Assembly (NCBI GenBank): GCA_937921305.1
Contig: CAKZSU010000004.1
Location: 22,316 to 86,315 of the forward strand
Direction: 5' to 3'
Length of the DNA: 64,000 nt
Source: an uncultured Patescibacteria group bacterium
GTDB lineage: Bacteria; Patescibacteriota; Microgenomatia; UBA10105; UBA927
The position numbers and the translations under genes were made by a program. The notes under the pieces were generated by a model, which saw only the letters and a list, made by a program, of their open reading frames with translations, ran no database searches and was not told the DNA's origin. Below, piece after piece: positions 49,389-57,714 of the stretch (positions are counted from its first letter, which is position 1; the number at the start of each line of letters is the position of its first letter).

Positions 49389-49396
49389 GAATGTGT

Positions 49397-51640
49397 ATGA
49401 TGCCATTGTCTTCTGTTGCTTCAATACTTGGAAAACTAAATACGCGTCCACTAGTTTATCTTTCATTATTGTTTTACCCCGACGCGGTTGAAGCGGCCAT
49501 ATGGGAATTTGGATCGAAAGGAAAACCAACGATTTTAGGGGCGGTAACGCAAGAACTTGCTACTGATTCGTGGGAAGAGCGAAGAATTGCAGCTGACAAA
49601 TGCGTTACAACCCTTGAAGACATCGCGCAAACAACAAGTGTTGAATATGTTATTTTAGGGTTCCCTGCTGCATATCTCACAAAAGATGGCGATATTATCA
49701 AAGACATCAAGCCATATGTGAAAAAGATCATGCAAGAACTTGGCTTGAAGCCGATTGGATTTGTTTCGATTTATCAAGCGATTGTATATAAATATAAAAA
49801 AGATGAAGGTCTCCCCCCAAGCCTTATTCTTCTCGGATTTACCGCTGGGTCGGTTACGGTGTCGTTGTATCGCGTTGGAGCGTTCTGCGATCAGGTGACT
49901 ATACCAAAAGAGGGAAGCATCGCGGAGCATTTGGAAGATGCGTTAAGTCAATGCGCAGGCGACGGGGTTTTGCCATCTCGTATTATTTTATATGGAACAA
50001 AGCCGTTTATTTTGGAGCAAGCAAAGAAAGAGTTGTTGCGACATCCTTGGACTGCTCGGTCAAATTTTATGCATTTTCCAAAAATAGAAATTCTTCCGGG
50101 AGATGGCGCTGCGATTGCGGTGTCATATGCTGGCGCCGGAGAGCTTGCGAAAGATGTCGCTGATCAACAAGAAGTGGATCTCGGATCAGATCTTCCCACT
50201 GATGAAGAATCGGTTCGCGTTGATGAAGCGGAAGAAATCGAAGAGCAATTTCAAGAAGAACAAGTGCGCGAGTCAGTAAATGATGAGCGTATTAACGATC
50301 AAGACGAAGAGGGTAGAGTAAATAATGCTGAAAGGTTTGATGAACAGCAAAATGTTGTTCCGGTTGATCCTTCCTCATTGGGATTTGCTCCTGTTCAGGA
50401 TCAGAACAAAGAGGCGGAGATTTCGCGTCAAAAGACATCGCGTCGAGTGCGAATGCCATCGCTGTCAATCTTTTTTCGCTTGTTTCGAAGGCATTCTCGC
50501 AATGAACGGAAGCGGAATCCGCTATTGTTTTTGGTCGGCATCATATTACTTGTTCTTCTAGGTGTTGGCTATTATATCGCCGATATAGTGGTGCCTCGCG
50601 CTGAAGTGGTGCTTGCGATCATGCCAAAAGATATAACGGTTTCCGAAACAATCCTTGTTGATCCTTCATTAAACGAGATTTCTGAAAACGCGATTCCCGG
50701 TGGAAAACAAGAACAGAGCGAGACTGGCGAAAAGACGATTCGGACAACGGGAAAGAAGATTGTGGGAGAACCAGCAAAAGGAACCGTTACCATTGTTAAC
50801 AAATCAACGGTGTCGAGAACATTTAAGAAAGGAACTGTGCTTTCTGCATCAGGAATAGAGTTTACATTAGATCGAGATGTATCGATCGCCTCCGCAAGTG
50901 AAACATTTCAGGGAATTACGTACGCAAAAGAAACCGTTTCTGTCACCGCGAAAGACATAGGAACGAAAGGAAATATTCCAGCGGGAAGAGAATTTACGAT
51001 ATCAGGCGTTTCTTCGACGATTGCTTCCGCGAGAAATGACACCGCGTTTACTGGTGGAACAAGCAAGGAAATTCAAGTGGTTGCTCGATCCGATCATGAA
51101 CAAATCGTAAAAGAGGTAACGCAGGAAGTAACGCAAAAAGGCAAAGAGTCATTAAAAGCAGCAACAGAAGAAACGGTTATTCCTGAAACTATCAAAACAA
51201 CGATTGTAAAACGAGAATTTTCCGCTGAAATAGGACAAGAAGCAAGAGAGGTAACGGGGAAAATTACCGTGTCTCTTTCTGGGATCGGCTATCGATCGGC
51301 TGATCTCCTAGAGCTTTTTCAACGCAAGGCGAAGCAGGTTATTCCAGAAGGGTATGAGCTTTCAAGCGAACGCCCAACTTTTGATGTCGGATCTCCGCGA
51401 ATTGGAAAAGATGGATCGATTCGATTGGTTGCAACGATGTCTGCGGTTGCATTGCCAAATATTGACGCGAGCGCGTTGGCGAAAGATATTGCCGGAAAAC
51501 CAGCGTCGGAAGCGAAAGAGATGCTTCAACAACACGACGGAGTTCGTAATGTAGACTATCGTATTTCTTCTTTGTTTAGAAGACAACGGTTCCCCAAACG
51601 GTCGGAGAACATTCGTGTTGTTATATCTCAAGAACAATAA
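49397..51640 (+). CDS. Large bitopic membrane protein: about 330-aa cytoplasmic domain, D/E-rich acidic linker, single TM, about 330-aa extracytoplasmic domain. Function unknown.
   Basis: Acidic stretch (DEESVRVDEAEEIEEQFQEEQVRESVNDERINDQDEEGRV), TM LLFLVGIILLVLLGVGYYIA, beta-rich C-terminal half. Sits immediately upstream of the sortase and mltG genes. Confidence 0.5.
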   Translation: MMPLSSVASILGKLNTRPLVYLSLLFYPDAVEAAIWEFGSKGKPTILGAVTQELATDSWEERRIAADKCVTTLEDIAQTTSVEYVILGFPAAYLTKDGDIIKDIKPYVKKIMQELGLKPIGFVSIYQAIVYKYKKDEGLPPSLILLGFTAGSVTVSLYRVGAFCDQVTIPKEGSIAEHLEDALSQCAGDGVLPSRIILYGTKPFILEQAKKELLRHPWTARSNFMHFPKIEILPGDGAAIAVSYAGAGELAKDVADQQEVDLGSDLPTDEESVRVDEAEEIEEQFQEEQVRESVNDERINDQDEEGRVNNAERFDEQQNVVPVDPSSLGFAPVQDQNKEAEISRQKTSRRVRMPSLSIFFRLFRRHSRNERKRNPLLFLVGIILLVLLGVGYYIADIVVPRAEVVLAIMPKDITVSETILVDPSLNEISENAIPGGKQEQSETGEKTIRTTGKKIVGEPAKGTVTIVNKSTVSRTFKKGTVLSASGIEFTLDRDVSIASASETFQGITYAKETVSVTAKDIGTKGNIPAGREFTISGVSSTIASARNDTAFTGGTSKEIQVVARSDHEQIVKEVTQEVTQKGKESLKAATEETVIPETIKTTIVKREFSAEIGQEAREVTGKITVSLSGIGYRSADLLELFQRKAKQVIPEGYELSSERPTFDVGSPRIGKDGSIRLVATMSAVALPNIDASALAKDIAGKPASEAKEMLQQHDGVRNVDYRISSLFRRQRFPKRSENIRVVISQEQ

Positions 51641-51646
51641 TCATGC

Positions 51647-52369
51647 ATGATATATCAATATGTCAAATACCATCACAAGCCGCCAATGCGACGATCGCTT
51701 CTTGTTTCGTTCTTTTTCTTAGGAATCGGCATATCGCTGTTGCTGTGGGCGCTTTGGCCGATACTTTCTTTTCACTTCGTGACAGCAAATTTATTTCCAA
51801 GTGTTATTTCTCCGCTTGCTTCAAGATCATCTAAATCATCCATTATTCATCAAACAATTGCTCAAGAGTCAACATCTGCAGAATCTCAAGAAAATGATTT
51901 CACAAACTTAAACGCGTGGTTTCCGTCAAAGCAACAGAAAAAGGTTGAGTCGTCTGTTGTGGAATATACCATGAGTATTCCAAAACTTAGGATTTATAAC
52001 GCGCGCGTTATTGTGGGAGGAGAAAATTTGAATGAAGGCATTATTCACTATGAAGGAACAGCGCTTCCTGGAAAGAATGGTAACGGCGCGTTATTTGGTC
52101 ATTCTGTACTTCCACAGTTTTTTGACCCAAAAAATTATAAAACGATTTTTTCCACGCTTCCGACATTGAAAGTCGGAAACGATATTTTTCTTCATTATGA
52201 TGGAATTACCTATCGGTATGTCGTTGAATCTATGAAGGTGACGACACCTGAAGACTTGTCAATGCTTGATCAGCAATATGACGATTCATACATTACGCTT
52301 ATTACCTGTGTACCTCCGGGTACCTATTGGCAACGGCTTCATGTGCGAGCTCGTTTGCGTCCATTGTAA
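51647..52369 (+). CDS. Sortase (cysteine transpeptidase)
   Basis: N-terminal TM anchor. Catalytic His (ALFGHSVL), TLxTC Cys (YITLITCVPPG) and the downstream Arg (LHVRARL). Confidence 0.75.
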   Translation: MIYQYVKYHHKPPMRRSLLVSFFFLGIGISLLLWALWPILSFHFVTANLFPSVISPLASRSSKSSIIHQTIAQESTSAESQENDFTNLNAWFPSKQQKKVESSVVEYTMSIPKLRIYNARVIVGGENLNEGIIHYEGTALPGKNGNGALFGHSVLPQFFDPKNYKTIFSTLPTLKVGNDIFLHYDGITYRYVVESMKVTTPEDLSMLDQQYDDSYITLITCVPPGTYWQRLHVRARLRPL

Positions 52370-52396
52370 AAACATAGTATAAAAACGGTAAACGCT

Positions 52397-53380
52397 ATGA
52401 AAAAAATTGTTGCGTCTTGGCCGATGCGATTGTCATTTTTTTTTGTTGTTTTGATTCTTACCGTTCTCATTGGCGTATTTTGGTGGCAAGATGGCGTATC
52501 ACCTGTTGATAAAAATGATCAATCATCAGTGATGTTTATCATTAAACGAGGAGAGCCTGTGCAGTCAATCGTCAATCGTCTTGCAGCCGAGCGATTGATA
52601 CGAAGCAAGGTAGTTTTTTTCCTTCTTATAAAGTTCGAGCAAGAGGATAGAAACATTCAAGCTGGAGATTTTCGATTGAAGCGATCAATGACCGCCCATG
52701 AAGTGCTTAAGGAGCTTCAGCACGGCGCAATTGATATATGGGTGACGATTCTGGAAGGTTGGCGTGTTGAGGAAATTGCCGAGCGACTCTCAAACGATCT
52801 TCGGATTTCTTCTCAAGAATTTTTGGCAATTGCAAGAGAAGGGTATATGTTTCCCGATACGTATCTTTTTCCAAAAGACGCGTCGGCGTCGGCGATTGTT
52901 GCGATTCTTCAAAAAAATTTTGATCGAAGGGTACCCGAAAGTTTGAGAGAGAAATCTTCCCATATTGGCTTGTCTTTTGAAGAAGTAGTTATTCTTGCGT
53001 CTCTTGTTGAACGAGAAGGAAGAGGAAGGGAAGATAAACGGATGATTGCGGGCATTTTATTAAACAGATTAAGAGAAGGAATGAAACTCGATGTCGATGC
53101 GACTTTACAATATATTATTGGATACGATACAACGGAACGAACATGGTGGAAAAAAGGATTGACAAATGACCATAAAAAAATAGATTCTCCATATAACACA
53201 TATATGTATAAAGGGTTGCCTCCTGGTCCAATTTGCAATCCTGGTCTTTTGTCTATAGAAGCAGTGCTTGATCCGATCCAATCGGATTATTTCTTTTATC
53301 TTCATGACAAGCAAGGAACTCTTCATTACGCAAAAACATTGGACGAGCATGAACGAAATATTGCCCGATACTTGCGATAA
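52397..53380 (+). CDS. mltG: Endolytic murein transglycosylase MltG (YceG family)
   Basis: N-terminal TM, YceG core ILEGWRVEEIAERL, ASLVEREGRGREDKRMIAGILLNRLREGMKLDVDATLQY. Confidence 0.8.
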   Translation: MKKIVASWPMRLSFFFVVLILTVLIGVFWWQDGVSPVDKNDQSSVMFIIKRGEPVQSIVNRLAAERLIRSKVVFFLLIKFEQEDRNIQAGDFRLKRSMTAHEVLKELQHGAIDIWVTILEGWRVEEIAERLSNDLRISSQEFLAIAREGYMFPDTYLFPKDASASAIVAILQKNFDRRVPESLREKSSHIGLSFEEVVILASLVEREGRGREDKRMIAGILLNRLREGMKLDVDATLQYIIGYDTTERTWWKKGLTNDHKKIDSPYNTYMYKGLPPGPICNPGLLSIEAVLDPIQSDYFFYLHDKQGTLHYAKTLDEHERNIARYLR

Positions 53381-54211
53381 ATGATCAAAGACAAATATTC
53401 AGCGTTGTGGCTTTCCTATTCGTCAATAAGCGACTACCTCAAATGTCCTCGCTTGTATTTTCTTCGGAATATCTATAGAGATCCGAAGACAAATCGTCGC
53501 GTAACGATTGTTCAACCATCGTTATCGCTAGGTCAAGTTATTCATGACACAATCGAGATTATTTCCCGTCTTCCCCAAGAAAAACGATTTCAACAGTCGT
53601 TGATATCGATATTTTTTCGCCAGTGGGTGAGTGTTTCCGGAAAAATTGGAGGATTTCGCGATGATCAGGAGGAAGACCAGTATAAAAAGAAAGGTCAAGC
53701 AATGATTAAGCGAATTATGCGTTATCCCGGTCCGTTGGGTCGCAAAGCAATTAAAATTCGGCAAGATCTTCCATACATGTGGCTTTCGGAAGAAGAAAAT
53801 ATTATTCTCTGCGGAAAAATTGATTGGCTTGAGTATCTTCCCGATCTTGACGCAGTGCATATTATCGATTTTAAAACAGGAAAATATGACGAAGATCCGG
53901 ATTCGCTTCAGCTTTCTATTTATTACCTTCTTGCAAAACATACGCAAAAACGTCCGATTGTGAAGGTAAGCTATTGGTATTTAGAAAAGGATATCAAGCC
54001 AATAAGCATTCCACTGCCAGATGAGGAAGATTCGTTGAGACGATTGATGGAAATTGCGAAGAAAATCGCGCTTGCGAGAAAACTTGAGCATTTTTCGTGT
54101 CGATACAAAGCCGGGTGTCAATTTTGCAAACCATATAAAATGATTCTTTCCGGGCAGGCGCATTATGTAGGTGTCAATGGGTATGGACAAGATGTGTATA
54201 TGCTTTCATGA
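53381..54211 (+). CDS. Standalone PD-(D/E)xK nuclease with Cas4/AddB-type Cys cluster (Cas4-like/RecB-family)
   Basis: N-terminal Cys (LKCPRLYF), HIIDFKTGK nuclease motif, C-terminal CRYKAGCQFCK (Cx5Cx2C). Confidence 0.65.
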   Translation: MIKDKYSALWLSYSSISDYLKCPRLYFLRNIYRDPKTNRRVTIVQPSLSLGQVIHDTIEIISRLPQEKRFQQSLISIFFRQWVSVSGKIGGFRDDQEEDQYKKKGQAMIKRIMRYPGPLGRKAIKIRQDLPYMWLSEEENIILCGKIDWLEYLPDLDAVHIIDFKTGKYDEDPDSLQLSIYYLLAKHTQKRPIVKVSYWYLEKDIKPISIPLPDEEDSLRRLMEIAKKIALARKLEHFSCRYKAGCQFCKPYKMILSGQAHYVGVNGYGQDVYMLS

Positions 54212-54222
54212 ATTCTTCCCTA

Positions 54223-54250
54223 TTGACGATTGATGAAAAAACATTATAAT
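54223..54250 (+). promoter_or_regulatory. Sigma70-like promoter upstream of rpoB (TTGACG, 16-nt spacer, TATAAT)
   Basis: TTGACG at 54223-54228, TATAAT at 54245-54250. Confidence 0.5.
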
Positions 54251-54266
54251 CTTTATTTATCGCCGA

Positions 54267-54297
54267 AGCGGACGTTCATTGTTCGCTCTTTTTTTAT
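54267..54297 (+). terminator. Hairpin (7-bp stem with one G-U pair) followed by a T8 tract in the rpoB leader; attenuator or terminator-like
   Basis: AGCGGAC-GTTCATT-GTTCGCT then CTTTTTTTTA. Lies between the promoter -10 (54250) and the rpoB ATG (54318). Confidence 0.4.
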
Positions 54298-54317
54298 TGG
54301 CCTTATTCTAAGAACTC

Positions 54318-57300
54318 ATGATAAGTAAAAAAACTTCAACACATCGCGAATTTTGGGGAAAAGTTTATGAAGATCTCCCTCCTCTAGATCTTACATTAGT
54401 TCAGCGAGAGTCATATCAATGGTTTCTTCAACAAGGTATTAAAGAATTATTAGAAGAAGTTTCTCCTGTTGTCGATTTCACAGGCAAAAATTGGGAATTA
54501 TATTTTGGCGATTATTATTTTGGAAAACCTCGCATAACACCTGAGGATGCATTGGAAAAAGGATTGACATTAGACATGCCGTTAAAAGCCGTTGCGACAT
54601 TGGTGAACAAGCAAAATGGACAGCGTGTTCAACAAGAAGTGTTTTTGGGAGATATCCCAGCGATGACAGTCAACGGGACATTCATTATTAACGGAATAGA
54701 GCGATGTGTCGTGAATCAGCTTGTTCGTTCACCGGGAATTTATTTTACTGGAAGCGTTGACCCATCAACAGGAAAGACATTGTATACCGCTGAAATTCGT
54801 CCAATGCACGGAAGTTGGCTTGAGTTTATCATGACGCGAAACAATGTCCTGATGGTGAGAATTGACAGACGACGAAAATTAGTGGCAACCACATTTTTGC
54901 GAGCGCTTGGATTTTCTTCCAACGATGAAATTGTTTCGCTTTTTGCCGATATTGAGCATGCTTCGTCATATCTTGAAGCGACATTTGCAAAAGATCAAAC
55001 AACGAATACGACAGAAGCGATCCTTGAAGTCTATCGGAAGATTAGACCAGGAGAGCCTGTTGTTCTAGACAACGCGCAGGAACTTCTTCGATCAACCTTT
55101 TTTGATATTCGACGATATAGTCTTGAGCGGGTGGGTCGGTATAAGATGAATAAAAAACTCAATATTGCTGTGGAAAACAACAAAGAACATTGGGTTCTAA
55201 CAAAAGAAGATATTGTCGGTAGTTTTCGATATCTTATTAATCTTGCGAATGGAAGAGGAGATGTTGACGATATTGATCATCTCGGTAATCGCCGGGTGCG
55301 AAGAGTTGGAGAATTAGTTGCGGTGAACGCATTTCGTGTTGGTCTACTTCGCTTAGAACGTTCTATTAAAGAGAAGATGAGCTTGGCTGGCGCGAACGCT
55401 ATTGATTTGACGCCGTCTCAACTTGTGAACGCAAGACCTATTATCGCCGCGATCAATGATTTTTTCCGAACAAGTCAGCTTTCAACAATTCTTGATCAAA
55501 CAAATCCTTTGTCAGAAGTAGATAATCTTCGACGGTTAACAGTGATGGGTGTTGGCGGAATTTCTCGCGAACGCGCATCATTTTCGATTCGTGATATTAA
55601 CGCGTCTCAATACGGAAGAATTGATCCGGTCCGAAGCCCAGAGGGACCGAACATCGGTCTTGTTACTTATATGGCGTTGTATAGCAGGGTTAATGAGTAT
55701 GGATTTTTAGAAACGCCGTATCGGAAGGTGGTAAAGGAGGAAAAAAATGGTGAAGTCAAGATGCGTGTGACGAGCGACATTGAATATCTTGCGGCTGATG
55801 ACGAACAATGCGCATATATTACGCACGCGGAAATTCCCCAAGATGAAGACGGGTATATTCTTGCTGAGCGTGTGCCAGTTCGATACAAAGGGGAGTTTTT
55901 AGAAGCGGACGCGACATCGCTTCAATATATCGATGTTGTTCCTCGTCAAGTTGTTGGCGCATCCGCGTCTCTTATTCCATTTCTTGCGCATGATGAAGCA
56001 AACAGAGCGCTCATGGGAACACATATGCAATGTCAGGCAGTCCCTCTTATAAAAACCGACGCGCCGGTTGTCGGGACGGGGATGGAGCGAACCATCGCAT
56101 CTGCAATGGGTAGAGTCGTTACCGCCCCTTCAGATGGCGTGGTTACTTTTGCAGATGCCTCTCATATAGTATTTGAAAGTAAGCAAGGGGAACGTCATGT
56201 CTTTCGCGTTGAGAAATTTAAGCGCACTTCGCAATCAACAAGTTACAATCAGCGCGTGTTGGTGATAACAGGACAAAACGTAAAAAAAGGCGATGTGTTG
56301 ATTGATGGACCATCGTCGGATCATGGAGAACTTGCGCTTGGCGCGAATGTGGTAATTGCCTATATGAGTTTTGATGGATTAGGATACGAAGACGCGATTG
56401 TTATTTCAGATCGATTAGTAAAAGAAGATGTTCTTACCTCAATTACAATTGAAGAATATGAAGCGTCTGTTGTTGACACAAAATTAGGCCCAGAAGAAAC
56501 GACACGAGATATTCCCAATGTTGGCGAAGACGTGTTGCGAAATCTTGATAAAGATGGAATTGTTGTTGTAGGATCAGAAGTTGGTCCGAATGATATTCTT
56601 GTTGGAAAGATAGCGCCGAAAGGCGAGACAGAATTGACAGCAGAAGAACGACTGCTTCGCGCGATCTTTGGAGAAAAAGCGCGAGAAGTTCGAGACACAA
56701 GTCTTCGCATGCCTCACGGAGAACGAGGTATTGTGACAGAGGTAAAGATTCTTGATCGCGAGGCTGGCGATGAGTTAGAGCCGGGCACAAACAAAAAAAT
56801 TATTATTAAAGTTGCGCAAGTAAGAAAAGTTGTTGTCGGCGATAAGCTCGCCGGTCGTCATGGCAATAAAGGTGTGATATCAAAGATTATGCCAGCGGCG
56901 GATATGCCATATCTTCCTGATGGAACGCCAGTCGATGTTATTATCTCTCCCCTTTCTGTGTTGTCTCGTATGAATTTAGGGCAATTATTGGAAGCTCACC
57001 TTGGTTTTGCCGCGCAAAAACTTGGAAGGAAAGTCGGTCTTCCGGTTTTTGAACAAGTAAGCGAAGAAAAGATTGTCGCAATGTTAAAAGAAGCAAACCT
57101 TCCTGTATCGGGAAAAAGCATATTGTTTGATGGACGAACAGGAAATGCGTTTGTCGAACCTATTGTGGTAGGTGTGGGATACATTATGAAGCTTATCCAC
57201 ATGGTTGAAGATAAGACGCATGCGAGATCTACAGGTCCATATTCTCTTGTGACGCAACAACCATTAGGAGGAAAAGCGCAAATGGGTGGTCAACGATTGG

Positions 57301-57701
57301 GAGAGATGGAAGTGTGGGCGCTCGAAGCGCACCGAGCGGCACATATCTTGCAGGAAATGTTAACGATCAAATCTGATGATGTCGTGGGAAGAGCGAAAGC
57401 GTTTGAAGCGATTGTCAAAGGTGTTCCGATTCCAGAGTCAACTGTCCCAGAGTCGTTTAAAGTTTTGGTGAAAGAATTGCAGGCATTGGGATTGAAAATT
57501 ACGCCAACAGGCGTTATCACAAAAGAAAATCACTCACAGTCGGTTCCTCAAATTGGAGGAATCTCGCTAGAGGAAGAAGCAACAATGGAGGAACAAGCAA
57601 AGGAGCTTGCGAAAGCAAGTGGGGGAGAATTGATTGAAGATAGCGAAGAAGAGTCAGATGAAAAAGATTTGAAAGAAATAGAAGAATATACTCAAGCGTA
57701 A
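54318..57701 (+). CDS. rpoB: DNA-directed RNA polymerase subunit beta
   Basis: 1127 aa with canonical RpoB segments (GERHVFRVEKF..., NMQRQAVPL-like region, GDKLAGRHGNKGV). Confidence 0.97.
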   Translation: MISKKTSTHREFWGKVYEDLPPLDLTLVQRESYQWFLQQGIKELLEEVSPVVDFTGKNWELYFGDYYFGKPRITPEDALEKGLTLDMPLKAVATLVNKQNGQRVQQEVFLGDIPAMTVNGTFIINGIERCVVNQLVRSPGIYFTGSVDPSTGKTLYTAEIRPMHGSWLEFIMTRNNVLMVRIDRRRKLVATTFLRALGFSSNDEIVSLFADIEHASSYLEATFAKDQTTNTTEAILEVYRKIRPGEPVVLDNAQELLRSTFFDIRRYSLERVGRYKMNKKLNIAVENNKEHWVLTKEDIVGSFRYLINLANGRGDVDDIDHLGNRRVRRVGELVAVNAFRVGLLRLERSIKEKMSLAGANAIDLTPSQLVNARPIIAAINDFFRTSQLSTILDQTNPLSEVDNLRRLTVMGVGGISRERASFSIRDINASQYGRIDPVRSPEGPNIGLVTYMALYSRVNEYGFLETPYRKVVKEEKNGEVKMRVTSDIEYLAADDEQCAYITHAEIPQDEDGYILAERVPVRYKGEFLEADATSLQYIDVVPRQVVGASASLIPFLAHDEANRALMGTHMQCQAVPLIKTDAPVVGTGMERTIASAMGRVVTAPSDGVVTFADASHIVFESKQGERHVFRVEKFKRTSQSTSYNQRVLVITGQNVKKGDVLIDGPSSDHGELALGANVVIAYMSFDGLGYEDAIVISDRLVKEDVLTSITIEEYEASVVDTKLGPEETTRDIPNVGEDVLRNLDKDGIVVVGSEVGPNDILVGKIAPKGETELTAEERLLRAIFGEKAREVRDTSLRMPHGERGIVTEVKILDREAGDELEPGTNKKIIIKVAQVRKVVVGDKLAGRHGNKGVISKIMPAADMPYLPDGTPVDVIISPLSVLSRMNLGQLLEAHLGFAAQKLGRKVGLPVFEQVSEEKIVAMLKEANLPVSGKSILFDGRTGNAFVEPIVVGVGYIMKLIHMVEDKTHARSTGPYSLVTQQPLGGKAQMGGQRLGEMEVWALEAHRAAHILQEMLTIKSDDVVGRAKAFEAIVKGVPIPESTVPESFKVLVKELQALGLKITPTGVITKENHSQSVPQIGGISLEEEATMEEQAKELAKASGGELIEDSEEESDEKDLKEIEEYTQA

Positions 57702-57714
57702 AGGAGCGTTTTCT

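Noticed and set aside
47521-49390. tRNA, tmRNA, SRP RNA or RNase P RNA in the long non-coding stretches of the island and in other intergenic regions
   Set aside because: I found no cloverleaf-compatible segment, no GGTTCGAATCC-type T-loop, and no GC-enriched structured block on visual scanning. This cannot be excluded without covariance-model searches.
49397-50200. Possible actin-like (FtsA/PilM-like) fold in the N-terminal domain of the 749-aa protein
   Set aside because: Only a vague resemblance in hydrophobic periodicity. No phosphate-binding DxG/GT motifs could be seen, so the call was not made.
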